Below are positions 39,969 to 53,269 of a stretch of DNA of 64,000 bases, one piece after another. Source of the stretch: Lama guanicoe (lineage: Eukaryota); assembly GCA_013239625.1 (NCBI GenBank), contig MU053652.1, positions 6,811,902 through 6,875,901 on the forward strand, written 5' to 3'. Position numbers and translations under genes: made by a program. Under the pieces are notes generated by a model. That model worked only from the letters and a program-made list of their open reading frames with translations. It was not told where the DNA came from and ran no database searches. Position 1 is the stretch's first letter, and each line of letters begins with the position of its first letter.

Positions 39969-42900
39969 TTATTCTTTATAGAATACACAAAATGACTACA
40001 GTAGATCAATAAATTATTGTATTACTTTGAATTGGAATTTATATATTGGTTCTATAAAATATATTAATGTCCTACTTCCTTTCCTTCTCCAATAAGTAAA
40101 TGTTACCCCAAATAAATGAATCTTTATTTTTATACAATATATTAAATCACTTGTTCTTTAGATAATTGATTATACCCTATAGAAGTATTATTTGTTTATC
40201 TGAAATGTGGTCATTATATTTTTCCCCATAGATTAATGTATTTAAGTACTAAATATAATTTAAAAGTTTTAGTTATGTATACCCTTTTGCCTCTTAAATT
40301 TTGATAATAGAATGGTATTATTCCAGACACTGCATTATGTCAAAATTAGAACTAAAAACCAACCATCATCATGAGACTTTTCAGATTTAGGAGATGAACA
40401 ATACAAACTTCTGTTTGCTTAGAAAATATGAGAAGCTTCTTTATTAGTGAATGTCTGCTGATTAGAAGAATAGAAATATACAATTAGAAAATTTGTCTTT
40501 ATTAGAAGTTTTCTATAAAAAAAATTCACAGTGTCCAAAAGTTAACAAAGAAGTTGATAAACAGTAAGTTTCTATGCAGAAAGCAAGGTCTTTTAAAACT
40601 GAAAGTATGTGAAAATATATTCGGAAGTCAAATGAGAAAATACAGTATTTTAATTTCTATCAGCATTTCTATTTCAAATGATCAGTATGATAATTTTAAA
40701 AAGTTATTAAAATACATGTCATCTGCTTGTTAAAAAATTCATGGTTGTATACCTCAAATAACATGGTGTTTCAGAAATAGCGATGAAGACGCCTGGGTTG
40801 ACAGCAGAGAATGAAAAGATATATTTGAGCTATAAAAAGAAAGGGCAGGAAAACAAAGTTCATAAGACAGAAAATCAAAATACAGCACACTTTGAAGACT
40901 CAGAAAGGTGAAGTGGCAATTGGTCATGTCTGAGAAAGAAATGAACTAATGAAGTCCAGTGGATTGAAGATGCAGAAAGGGCTGCTTGTTCCGAAGATAA
41001 ATAGGCTCAGAGGGGAGCTGAGAGGAGACAGCGTAAAGTGCACAGAATGAATGATAATGCCTGCATAGGCAGCATGTTTATCACTGACGTAGTTCATGGC
41101 ACTGTAGATAAAAACCAAAAGTGTATTAAATCATTTAATAGCTTGCTATGAATTATGGAACAAGACCCATTACTGTGGTATGTGGCTATATAAAACTCTA
41201 TGTTCCGGAAAAGATATCCACAGCCATGCGATCTTCCTCAGGGATCCCTCTATCAATTTAGAGTTCTCTCATGTGAACTAGATCAAGTATTAAGTGACTC
41301 TCAGAAGAGTGACAAATCTTTTATTCTTCAAAATGGTGTAATAAAATTTAGCCACTCACAGACATATAAATTAATCACTAGATGTGTTAAATGTAAAAAA
41401 TCAAACTTGTGAGATGTCATCAAAATTTAGATGACAAATACTTGTTTCCTCAATAAAGCAATGGCCTTAAAGAATGAAAAGTAATTGCTGAATCTCAGGA
41501 AATTAAGTTTTTGAAACCAACTTCTTATTCTTTTAAAATGTAATACAAGACATGTAACAAGAGTATCATTATGTATGTTGAACAATTAAATTGAACTATG
41601 TTGACAAACTAAATTGTTGTTGAATAAACATCAGTTAAATTTATGCAAAGAAAATAGAAACCAGTTAAGTTATCTATTGATTATATATTAGTATTACAAA
41701 TGGTAACTTACCTGAAAAAAGCACGATATCATAGATTTAGTGTTTTGAATTTAGATTCTGGGCTTTCAAATAAAAAATACAAACTCATATGCTTTATGCT
41801 TTTGAGGCCAAGAAGAGCAAATTAATTTTAAAAAAAAAGAGCAAATTAAATTTTGATAAATATACCTATTATTTATATACTAGAAACTAATTACTGTGAT
41901 TTTTAAATGGGAAATAATTTTGTGCTGATATATACAGAAAGGATTAATCACTAGGATTAAAAATAGACATTAGATCAATTGTCACTTTATTTTTTATTCA
42001 ATTAATCAGTAAATCAACAAATGTTGATTAAGCAGTAATGAGTTTCTGATAGCACACTAGACAATGAAAGAGATACAAAGGAAGAAAAATATCCATTTCA
42101 TAAAATCAAAACCTCAATTGCTAGGTGGTCACCATGACTTATTTATGATTTTTAATTTTTATAAACATAGATAAGAATTTGAGGTGTATTGTAATTGAAT
42201 TCTTCTAAACAAAGCAAAATAGCTAGTATATATTTATATAAGTAGAATTTTTCTTTTAATAATCAGAATGTGAATTTAAACAATATCAGTGTTGGCTAAA
42301 AATCTGCACAAAATGGTGCTTGTTCTATTTGAGATTTTGTAGGAAAAATCGTCTGATTTGGTAGACCGAGTTTTTCACTGAATTGGCTAGCTTTTGCATA
42401 ACATCATACACATTTATAAAACCAGATGAAGGTTTTCCAGTACAAACCTAGCCATTAATTTATTATACTCCAAAAAGTGTTAAATAAAGCTATGAAGCCT
42501 ATGGGAAGAAATGGGACCCTGATAATTACGTTTCTGATAGAATTTTTAAATATCTGTACAGAGTGTTATAAAAAGGAGCAATGTAATTTTGATTATTTTT
42601 CTTTTCTATGTGTCCACTATTTAATGCACACATACATTCATACATACTTTAAAAAAATATATGAGTTGTAAAGAAACCCATAAATGAGAAGTTTGGTATT
42701 CCAAATAAGTTATTTTTAGAAACTTGGATAATATTATTTTAAAATATTCTGGAGCAATATATATTCTTATAAATTACTTTTCCCTCAAGTTTGAGGTCAC
42801 TCTCAAAAATAGGTATAAAAGATATGATATCTTGCAAATTTTAATTTTAATCACATTAGATTTTTTTAAATAAAACATCACAAACATATTCAAGTCCTTT

Positions 42901-43599
42901 GTTAAAATCTCCGCAGTATGATTTCTCTTCCTTTTTTCTCCATCTCAAAGTTAACCACTAACATGGTTTTAGATGTATTGTTCAATGATTCTTCTCTAGA
43001 TATATATTTATAAGCTATAAATAATCTTATATTCCTATAACAATACAATTTTATAAGCCTAGGAACGATTTTAGATCCCATTTTCTCTTTTTTTAGGAAA
43101 CTAAAATCAGTAAAAGAAAAAAATTTATCAGAAATAGTTTTCATCAAATTTCTAAAGTTCAAAATAATTTTCCAGCTATACACAGATGTCAAGAAATTTA
43201 TTTCTGATTTTTCAAGACTCAGGACTTGAATTCTAAATTTATCTTTCAGGTAAAGATGAATGATTTTTCTAAACATGAAAAAAATACTTCTTTCAATTTC
43301 TACCATAACACTAGAAAGCAGAGTTTTATTCTTTCTATAATTTTAATCACTTAATTTAAAAAATGCAGAGGCCATTATTTCAATCCAATCTTCTGTATTG
43401 TTTTCTTTTTCTCCTTAGATAGGAACATACAGGAGGAAACTTATGCATGGTATTCCCTGCATAGGGTAGGCATGCCCTTAAACAGTAGCCACTAGAAGTG
43501 TTTAAATGGAAAGAGAATTTTGCTACCCCTTAAACTGAAGTAACAGGAATGAACTCATAAAAGCATGTACCCTCCCGCCTTAAACAACAATAGCACAAT

Positions 43600-44478
43600 A
43601 TAAGTTCACTCAAAAAGAAACAGATAACATGAAGAGTTGTATATCTATTAATGCAATTGAATTTTTTGTTGAAAAACTTTCTATAGAGAAACCTCTAGGC
43701 CCCTATAATTTTAATGGTTGATTCTACTTCTATTTAAAGAAATAGCAATAGTAATTCTACACAAACTTTTCCAGATAATTGACAAGGAGGAGAGATTCTT
43801 CAGTTCACTCCAAGATACTAGAATTACTCTAGACATTGTAAGAAAACCACAGGTAAATTCCTTCATGAACACAGATGCAAAAATTCTAAATAAAATATTA
43901 ACAAATCAAATCCAAAAGCATATATAATAATATCTCATGACTCTATGGGGTTAATCCCAGGGATGCAAGTTTCGTTTACTATTTGAAAATTTCTCAGCCT
44001 AATTCACTTTATAACAATTTAAAAAAGAAAAACCGTATGATACTCTCAAAACACACAGAAAAGTATCCATTCCTTATTATAAGATCAAAAAAATAAAAAT
44101 GCCAACACAAACAATAAACATAAATGTCTCTGCAAGCAAGAAACAAGGATGCATCCTGAACCTGGTAAAGGACATTTCAGAAAAACCTGTGCTAACCTCA
44201 CACTTTCTTGCTAAAATTGAATGTTTTCTCCCAAGATGGAGAACAAGACATGTATATCTACATTCAACACTGTACTGGAAGTTCTAGCCAGTACAAGAGC
44301 CAAAAAAAAAAAAAGATCAAGATTGAAAAGGAAGTAAAATTGTCTTTATTTACAGAGAACATGATCACCTGTACAGAAAATCTGATGAAATCTACCAAAA
44401 AAGCTATGAGAATTCATGTGAGTTTATCAAAATTGCAGTATTCAAGATTCACACAGAAATTAACCATATTTCTACAGG
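43600..44478 (+). mobile_element. L1 ORF2 (reverse transcriptase region) fragment
   Basis: ORF 43718-43927 ends SFMNTDAKILNKILTNQIQKHI and ORF 44208 contains EKEVKLSLFTENMI...EN, matching L1 ORF2 motifs ISLMNIDAKILNKILAN and EEVKLSLFADDMI. Confidence 0.95.
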
Positions 44479-44593
44479 CACAGGCAAAAGGAGCCCCAAG
44501 AAAAGCCTGCTCACACCAGCCAAAAGCTCAGGGAAAGGGGGGTCTGGAAGGAAACCTTTCTGACAACACACACCTACTCCAGCCAAAGATCAA

Positions 44594-46798
44594 AGGGAAA
44601 ACTGCGCCTTCTTCAGCCCGAGGGTCCAGTGTGAATCTGAATTTCCACCACTAGTCAGCAGGCAGCTACCTTGGGTTCCCAGGTGAACTTTGAAACTGGC
44701 CCCCCATACACGGCAAAGAGGGACCAAGAAAGAGGCAGACTGTTCCAGACTGGTAGGTGGCAGGTTTAATAAGCAAGAAAACTTACTTGCCAGGCTCGTC
44801 TCCGGCGGCTGCAAGACAAGGAAATCTCTGCATGGGCTCGCCAGAGTCCTATGTTTACTTAGAGGTCTTACCTGGTTCTGTCACAGTCACTATACAGTCC
44901 CATGGTCTCAGTAAGATGTCACCCTCTCAAGGCTCCTTCCTTGCTGTGGCTCCATTTTATTACAGAGCTGTGGGTGGAACAGACGTTCCACGGAGTTGGG
45001 GTGTAAGAAGCCTCTGATTCCCCGGATCTTGACCGGGTCAACCAGTGCTCACATCCTCTCCATGACTCCTTCAACAAGCCCCTCCTGTGAATATATAATC
45101 ATTTCAAAATTTACAAAACTTTTAGAAAGTAAATCCACAGTGATTGCCGAAGGCCAGGGGTGAGATAGGGAACTGGTTCCAAAAGCAAACGAAAACTTTT
45201 TCAGGTGTGGGTGATGGAATGCGCTTTCTCTTGATTGTGGTAGTGATTACACAGATGTGAATATACGTCGGATTCATCAGTAGCTATATCTAAAAGCCAA
45301 TGAACTTTACTTACAGTAAATTCACTTAGAAGTGGAACAACAGTTCATAGTGAATAGCTGGGATAATGCTGAATTTTTTTAAAATCACACTTTTTCTAGT
45401 AAGTATGGAGTTTCAGTTTGCAATGAACAAACTACAATATTTCTTAGTAAAAACTAGAAATCAGGTATTGATTTGCATAATACTTTTGACAAAATGATGT
45501 GACATTATAATATAGCATTCTTCATCTCCTCTGAACTTTAAAAGAAACATTTTTGCCAAAAATATGAAGTGTTTCATTAATTTTCCTATGACACGCTTAG
45601 AATAACTGGAAATTAATTCTCTTTAACATGTTCTTTTGTCATTTTTCTAGATTTTTCTCTCTTGCAGATGTCAACTGATTTTGCAGGCCAGATCTTGATA
45701 ATGGCTTTGTTTTAAAAATATGATACCCTAACATGCTCCTGACCAAATCCTAAAAGTTCCCCCCCAAATTTGAAGTCATGCTTTAAACATCTATTTGCAT
45801 TCTACTGTAAAAGTATGACGAGGTGGGCAATGCGGCTGACATGGGTAGCAGGAACAAAAGCTAGTTTTAAGTAGAATTTTTGAGTGGCCAGTTCACTAGT
45901 GAGTAGTTTCACATTTGATGACTTTCTCTTTGCTAGGCAGCATCACAGCTACGGGGATACGAATTTGGGGAAAACAACAGCTCTCTCTCTATATGAGAGC
46001 CCAGCGTTGAGGGAACCCTTTTTCAGTAGGAGTCAGAGCTCAGGTTCTATCTAGTGATGCATACTACGCAGCCTCAAATCAATACAACAAACCTGGAGCT
46101 CACTGTGCTTTTGTTATACGTAGGTATATCTGAAGCTTTTTTCAAGTGTTAAAAAACAACAACAAACCATATGATAAGGAGGTATTACAAATATGCACTC
46201 TTCCCGCATTTAAATTAACAATATGTTTTCCTAGAGCTAATTTGTTCTGATCTCCGTTATGCAGTAAGAAGCATGCCTTGGGCTCACCTCCACCGGCCTC
46301 CTTTGTACTATAGCCTTGCCTTAGTACTAACAAAATATTTAAATTGTGAACCAATTGAGAAAGTAATATTTAAGAGAACTGACACATAGGCCTGCACTAG
46401 TGCAGTACTAAATGTACTAATCCGTACACATTAGCAATACTGACAATAAACCTGAATTAAAGAACCACTATAGAGACACTAGCCAATCCCTCATGTAGTG
46501 CATATTTTAAAGCTCAATTCATAGACACAAATATTCTTTCAAAACAATAACAATTTACAATTCCATTTGAATTGTGATGACTATAAACAAATACATAAAT
46601 AAACTAAGCAAACTCATAGATAGGTATGCAACTGGGACATCTGCTCTCAAAAGAATAACATTCAACTTTGCCAAGAGTTTGGTCATCACATTATTACATA
46701 TAGACCCTAGACACAAACTCATATAATGTTGAGAAAGGAAGCTTGTTAGAATTAGGTTTCACATAATAAGCTTGGAATTTGGAAAGGTTTTGTCAGCT
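44594..46798 (+). repeat. Copy 1 of 2.2-kb head-to-tail tandem duplication
   Basis: Matches 46799-49006 except for about 10 substitutions, a 4-bp indel and a 1-bp indel. Confidence 0.97.
44672..45076 (-). mobile_element. ERV-type solo LTR between L1 fragments (second copy ~46877-47285)
   Basis: GC-richer ~400-bp block ending ttcaaca (tgttgaa on - strand), containing tttaat (attaaa polyA signal on - strand); L1-like sequence on both sides. Confidence 0.65.
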
Positions 46799-49006
46799 AG
46801 GGAAAACTGCGCCTTCTTCAGCCCGAGGGTCCAGTGTGAATCTGAATTTCCACCACTAGTCAGCAGGCAGCTACCTTGGGTTCCCAGGTGAACTTTGAAA
46901 CTGGCCCCCCATACACAGAGGGCAAAGAGGGACCAAGAAAGAGGCAGACTATTCCAGACTGGTAGGTGGCAGGTTTAATAAGCAAGAAAACTTACTTGCC
47001 AGGCTCGTCTCCGGCGGCTGCAAGACAAGGAAATCTCCGCATGGGCTCGCCAGAGTCCTATGTTTACTTAGAGGTCTTACCTGGTTCTGTCACAGTCACT
47101 ATGCAGTCCCATGGTCTCAGTAAGATGTCACCCTCTCAAGGCTCCTTCCTTGCTGTGGCTCCATTTTATTACAGAGCAGTGGGTGGAACAGACGTTCCAC
47201 GGAGTTGGGGTGTAAGAAGCCTCTGATTCCCCGGATCTTGACCGGGTCAACCAGTGCTCACATCCTCTCCATGACTCCTTCAACAAGCCCTTCCTGTGAA
47301 TATATAATCATTTCAAAATTTACAAAACTTTTAGAAAGTAAATCCACAGTGATTGCCGAAGGCCAGGGGTGAGATAGGGAACTGGTTCCAAAAGCAAACG
47401 AAACTTTTTCAGGTGTGGGTGATGGAATGTGCTTTCTCTTGATTGTGGTAGTGATTACACAGATGTGAATATACGTCGGATTCATCAGTAGCTATATCTA
47501 AAAGCCAATGAACTTTACTTACAGTAAATTCACTTAGAAGTGGAACAACAGTTCATAGTGAATAGCTGGGATAATGCTGAACTTTTTTAAAATCACACTT
47601 TTTCTAGTAAGTATGGAGTTTCAGTTTGCAATGAACAAACTACAATATTTCTTAGTAAAAACTAGAAATCAGGTATTGATTTGCATAATACTTTTGACAA
47701 AATGATGTGACATTATAATATAGCATTCTTCATCTCCTCTGAACTTTAAAAGAAACATTTTTGCCAAAAATATGAAGTGTTTCATTAATTTTCCTATGAC
47801 ACGCTTAGAATAACTGGAAATTAATTCTCTTTAACATGTTCTTTTGTCATTTTTCTAGATTTTTCTCTCTTGCAGATGTCAACTGATTTTGCAGGCCAGA
47901 TCTTGATAATGGCTTTGTTTTAAAAATATGATACCCTAACATGCTCCTGACCAAATCCTAAAAGTTCCCCCCCAAATTTGAAGTCATGCTTTAAACATCT
48001 ATTTGCATTCTACTGTAAAAGTATGACGAGGTGGGCAATGAGGCTGACATGGGTAGCAGGAACAAAAGCTAGTTTTAAGTAGAATTTTTGAGTGGCCAGT
48101 TCACTAGTGAGTAGTTTCACATTTGATGACTTTCTCTTTGCTAGGCAGCATCACAGCTACGGGGATACGAATTTGGGGAAAACAACAGCTCTCTCTCTAT
48201 ATGAGAGCCCAGCGTTGAGGGAACCCTTTTTCAGTAGGAGTCAGAGCTCAGGTTCTATCTAGTGATGCATACTACGCAGCCTCAAATCAATACAACAAAC
48301 CTGGAGCTCACTGTGCTTTTGTTATACGTAGGTATATCTGAAGCTTTTTTCAAGTGTTAAAAAACAACAACAAACCATATGATAAGGAGGTATTACAAAT
48401 ATGCACTCTTCCCGCATTTAAATTAACAATATGTTTTCCTAGAGCTAATTTGTTCTGATCTCCGTTATGCAGTAAGAAGCATGCCTTGGGCTCACCTCCA
48501 CTGGCCTCCTTTGTACTATAGCCTTGCCTTAGTACTAACAAAATATTTAAATTGTGAACCAATTGAGAAAGTAATATTTAAGAGAACTGACACATAGGCC
48601 TGCACTAGTGCAGTACTAAATGTACTAATCCGTACACATTAGCAATACTGACAATAAACCTGAATTAAAGAACCACTATAGAGACACTAGCCAATCCCTC
48701 ATGTAGTGCATATTTTAAAGCTCAATTCATAGACACAAATATTCTTTCAAAACAATAACAATTTACAATTCCATTTGAATTGTGATGACTATAAACAAAT
48801 ACATAAATAAACTAAGCAAACTCATAGATAGGTATGCAACTGGGACATCTGCTCTCAATAGAATAACATTCAACTTTGCCAAGAGTTTGGTCATCACATT
48901 ATTACATATAGACCCTAGACACAAACTCATATAATGTTGAGAAAGGAAGCTTGTTAGAATTAGGTTTCACATAATAAGCTTGGAATTTGGAAAGGTTTTG
49001 TCAGCT
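46799..49006 (+). repeat. Copy 2 of 2.2-kb head-to-tail tandem duplication
   Basis: Junction tgtcagct|agggaaaactgc at 46798/46799; duplicated ORFs 44757/46966 and 46142/48350. Confidence 0.97.
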
Positions 49007-49046
49007 GCATAACTTAAAATTAGAAAAAAAAAAACAAGTCATGAGA

Positions 49047-49452
49047 GTCATTCTAAGTGAAGTAAGCCAGAAAGAGAAAGAAAAATACCATATGAGATCA
49101 CTCATATGTGGAATCTAAAAAAAAAAGACAGACGAACTTATTTATAAAACAGAAACAGACTCACAGACACAGAAAACACACTTATGGTTACGAGGGGGGA
49201 AGGGGGTGGGAAGGGATAAATTGGGAGTTTGAGATTTTCAGATCCTGACTGGTATATATAAAATAAGTAAACAAGCTTATACTGTATAGCACAGGGAACT
49301 ATATTTGATATCTTTTAATAGTTTATGGTGAAAAAGAACGTGAAAACGAATATATGTATATTCATGTATGACTGAAGCATTGTGCTGTACACTGGAAATT
49401 AACACAACATTGTAAACTGACTATACTTCAATTACAATAAAAAGTAAAAAAA
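49047..49452 (+). mobile_element. Young 5'-truncated cetartiodactyl/camelid-type L1 3' end
   Basis: tcattctaagtgaagtaagccagaaagagaaagaaaaatacc...actgtatagcacagggaactatatt...acaacattgtaaactgactatacttcaat plus A tail; TSD aagtcatgaga (49036-49046 / 49453-49463). Confidence 0.95.
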
Positions 49453-52400
49453 AAGTCATGAGAACTCAGGAAAGTAAGTAAAGCTGATAATCAGACTTGA
49501 TGTCAGTTCCTAATTTAAATATGTATTTTCAATAGTTTTCTCTTTATGTTACAAGAGGGGGAAAAAAAGATAAAGACCAGAGAGTTAACACATTTAATTC
49601 AGAAGACCAAATAAAAATTCCTCTTTCACTCAGGAAGCATTCAACATTCCCCATCCTGATGTTCTAGCTCCTATTGAGTAAAAAAGCTCAATTAAAACAT
49701 GAAACACAGTTTAATTTAGTATATACCATAAGCATCCTAGTCAAGAAGTCAGTTATACATTTTACTTCAAATAAGAAGGGCTGCCAAGTTTGTCAGCCCT
49801 CTAGAGGCAAAATATAGAAGCAGAATCGTAGTTGTGCTGCCTTATGACAAATTTCATTAGTATGCTAAGAATTAGTCTGTCAGCCTTTTTAGGTAGACAT
49901 TTAATTAGATTTGTCTTAAAAAACCTTAGTGACAGGAAGACAACTGCATACTTACCTTGAAAACGACATTCTACGTTTTCCCTGTAAGCTGAACTGCTGT
50001 AGCTGTCTGATCATTTTCGCTCTTTTGAGAAAATGGTTTATAAGAACTAGACAAGTGATCAGGTTTGGAGCCATACTGATTTTTACAGGATTTTGGAAAG
50101 GCTGGACAAAAGAACAAAGGGAAATTTACATCAGTGCTAAAAACTAATCATGTGCTCGTGATTTCTGCTGGTCTGCTTGGACTTATTCATTACATCTTTA
50201 TGTATCTTTTTCTAAAAAAGAAAAAAATTGAGATAAATTTTTAAATGCAAATATCACAGACAAAGGAATAGATTCAGTCTTGCCTATGTGGTCATTTAAA
50301 ATCAGCGCACTGTATTTATGACATTTCATTCCTTTCCAGTAAAATTTTCTTCTCATTCAAGTCTATGAATTACTCTGGAGGCACTGAAATATTCATTTAT
50401 TCTTGGTTATTGTTGCACAGTCTGTTATTTTAGAGGAAATACATTGATACTAATGGGAAATACATTACTAGAGAGAGAGATAGTGACAGTGAAATGAAGA
50501 AATATTTCCAAAAATAACAGTGCTGAAAGTTCCAATGTTAAGCCTGGAAATTTTATTCAAAATCTTTAAATCACATGTATGATATTTGTATAAATCATAG
50601 TCTTTGGTAGACTCAGGGAGGGACATAAGGAACAGGTGGTACTGGATGCCTAGGAAGCATGTTATGCGTGGCAAGAATGATTTAGAAGAAACTTATGGTA
50701 GGTTGAAATAGAAAAGGCTTTAAATTTCTGGGAACACATAGCAGAGTTGAATGTCAAAGTTTACCAATAAGATAGATCAAACACAGGAGGATAAAAATAC
50801 ATGTTGATGTAAAGATTTAAAATTAAAAAAAATACCAGAAGCCTGTTATCTAAGCTCTTTAGAGCCAAGAGATAGGAGCATGGGCAGGGAGGCACCCCAA
50901 ACAGCCTATTAAACAGTTTACTGGAGAGCAGCTTGTTCGTGATTGCTCCATTGGTCCCAAGCCAGAATGATTTCTTTGTTGCGGGATTGCCCAGCTATAT
51001 TCAGTGTATTTCAAAGACTAGCAACAAAACATCCCTGGGAATGTTTTATGACTTCATGTTTTAAACACATCCTTATTTACAACAGTTATGCTTCTTACAC
51101 TCCCCTTTCTGAATTCAAAGAAGCTTAAACAGCAGACAAGGGAGGCTGCCTTAGTGTGCTCACCATGTGATGAGAAAAGAATTGGGCAGAAAAGCAGAAA
51201 AGCAGCAGGATGAGATGAAGCCAAAGCTGAGTTGGGCCTTTCTTGCCCAGTTCTCTGTTTCAGTCTTCCCAGTTCCATCGATTACTCTTCCTTTAGGAAT
51301 TACTAATCTTCAGGGAGGAATTGGGGGTGGGGTGGTGAGGACAGATATGTTCTTCCCATATTTTCCCTCTCTGGAGATGAGTTGTGTGCTTACTCCTCCC
51401 TCTCTCCCCATCATCTTACTTTCTTTAATCGCTGGGCTTAACAACTGATCCTAGAGTCAGCCAAAGGGAGGTTGGTCAGCCATATGTAAGGGAAGTAAGA
51501 TTTTCACCTTCCTGGGACTGCTCTCCTGTCTGCAGTTATATAGCTCCACTGTGAATGCTCGCAGTATTACTGACAGGCAGCTCAGCTTTTATCTCTAAAC
51601 CTCAAGGCTCTGAAAGGCATTCCAGGCAAAGATACTCACACCCTAGTCTAAGTCTAACATCAGATATATCCAGCCATATGTTCTCAGATGGCTCATGGGT
51701 GTTACATAATAAATCCAAATGCCAACAGAAAACTACTCCAAATAAATGTCAGCATTATTAGAAGATGCTAAACTTGAACCAATATTTATTCCCTCACTTT
51801 ACTGGATTCCAGTTGAAATTAAAGGCCATACATCAGATAACCTGTGCCTTTAAATTACACTGTAAAGGAATCAAAAGCTAAAATTCTTAAGTGTAAAGAA
51901 ACGAAAATCCTAAAAATCATATTGCTAACTTTTTTATTATACTCTTTTTAGCCAGATGAATCTCATTTGGATGTCTGAATATTATTGGGACTCTTTTACC
52001 AACTGCGATCTAGGCTGTGATCCAGTGAGACAAGTATAGCCAACTGCAGAAATTGAATTATTGCAATAAAAAAATCCTCTTAATCTAAGGGTATGGACTT
52101 GTCTCAGCCAAAAACCTCAAACTTTCCACCTCTTATTTCAGTCCTTAAATTAGTATTGGTGATTATTGCTCAAAGTTTCAAAATAACATAAGTTGGGATT
52201 TTTAATGGCTCACCCCGAATTCAGGAAAGACCCAGGCTTCAGACAAATGGAGATCAAATATGAGCATTATTACTGATAAAAGTTGCATATAAGGATACAG
52301 TTTAATATAAAGTCCAATGGATTTCTCTTATATTTCCCTTACATTGAACTTAAAAAACACTAAACTAAGGAACCCAGCTTAACATATGGAAAATAGAGAA

Positions 52401-52749
52401 TTGAAGTTTGCAAGGTCCTGGTACCATGACAAACTGAGGGCTGAGCTGTGCAGAACATACTATTTTTCTACCAATCTTACCAATTGGGTCAATGAATCCT
52501 ATCTTAAGGAGGTGTTCCTCTCATACTTTTTCCTTCCCAGCAGGAAAAGTGAAGCTTTATTTCCTTCTATGGAAATTTGAGGATGAAAACAGTTATGTCC
52601 CAACTCCAATAGATATACCAGAAAATTGCTAAGTATAAGAAAGACGGGCTGATGTCATTGGCTAAGATATGACTTAAAGACATAATTTTTAAGGGCAAAT
52701 TACTTTGTCTTGATGAAGTGTACCATTTTAAAAGAATGTAAAATTGCTG

Positions 52750-53230
52750 TGCTAGATGTAGGTAGAGCTTTCCTTCTTAGCATCTTTTTCCTTGTTGGGA
52801 AAGAAGCAGAACATTTTTTTGGCTCAGCTGGGCCTAACCCCACCTACCAGTCCTACATAAGTTCAGGCATGGGATGGAGGCCTACTCACTTGAACTTGAA
52901 CATCAAAAGCAGTTTAACAATTAGTCAGAAAACTAGATAAGGACAATCAGAATACTCTCTGTGATTTTTTCCTGCTTGAATTATTTGGGAATAATCTCTC
53001 CTTCCAACAAGAACTATCCAGTAAGATGAGCCACAGGTTTACAGCTAATACCATGTTCACAACATGGGGATAGTTTGTTCCAGAAATAGAGGCAAGACTT
53101 ACTTGATGGCACATTTAAATACCTGATGGAGCTATGACTAAAATCAAAAACATATGAAGTTTCAGTTGCATTATTCAGTAAATTATCCTTTTGCTTAAAT
53201 CAGTTTCACTAAATTTCAATCTTGTATATA
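52750..53230 (+). mobile_element. Probable old ERVL LTR (LTR16-like)
   Basis: atcagaatactctctgtgatttt..., cctgatggagctatgactaaa, ttcagttgcat...agtaaatt..ccttttgcttaaatcagttt terminus. Confidence 0.5.
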
Positions 53231-53269
53231 ATAATTCAAAATTGATACATCTGTACTAAAAGAATACCA

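Noticed and set aside
42902..43306. 134-aa - strand ORF
   Set aside because: No recognisable domain or - strand splice context; it lies antisense to the + strand exon candidate 43097-43249.
44208..45017. ORFs of 148, 74 and 86 aa as a duplicated gene
   Set aside because: They derive from L1 ORF2/5' sequence and an LTR; repeated ORFs only reflect the tandem duplication.
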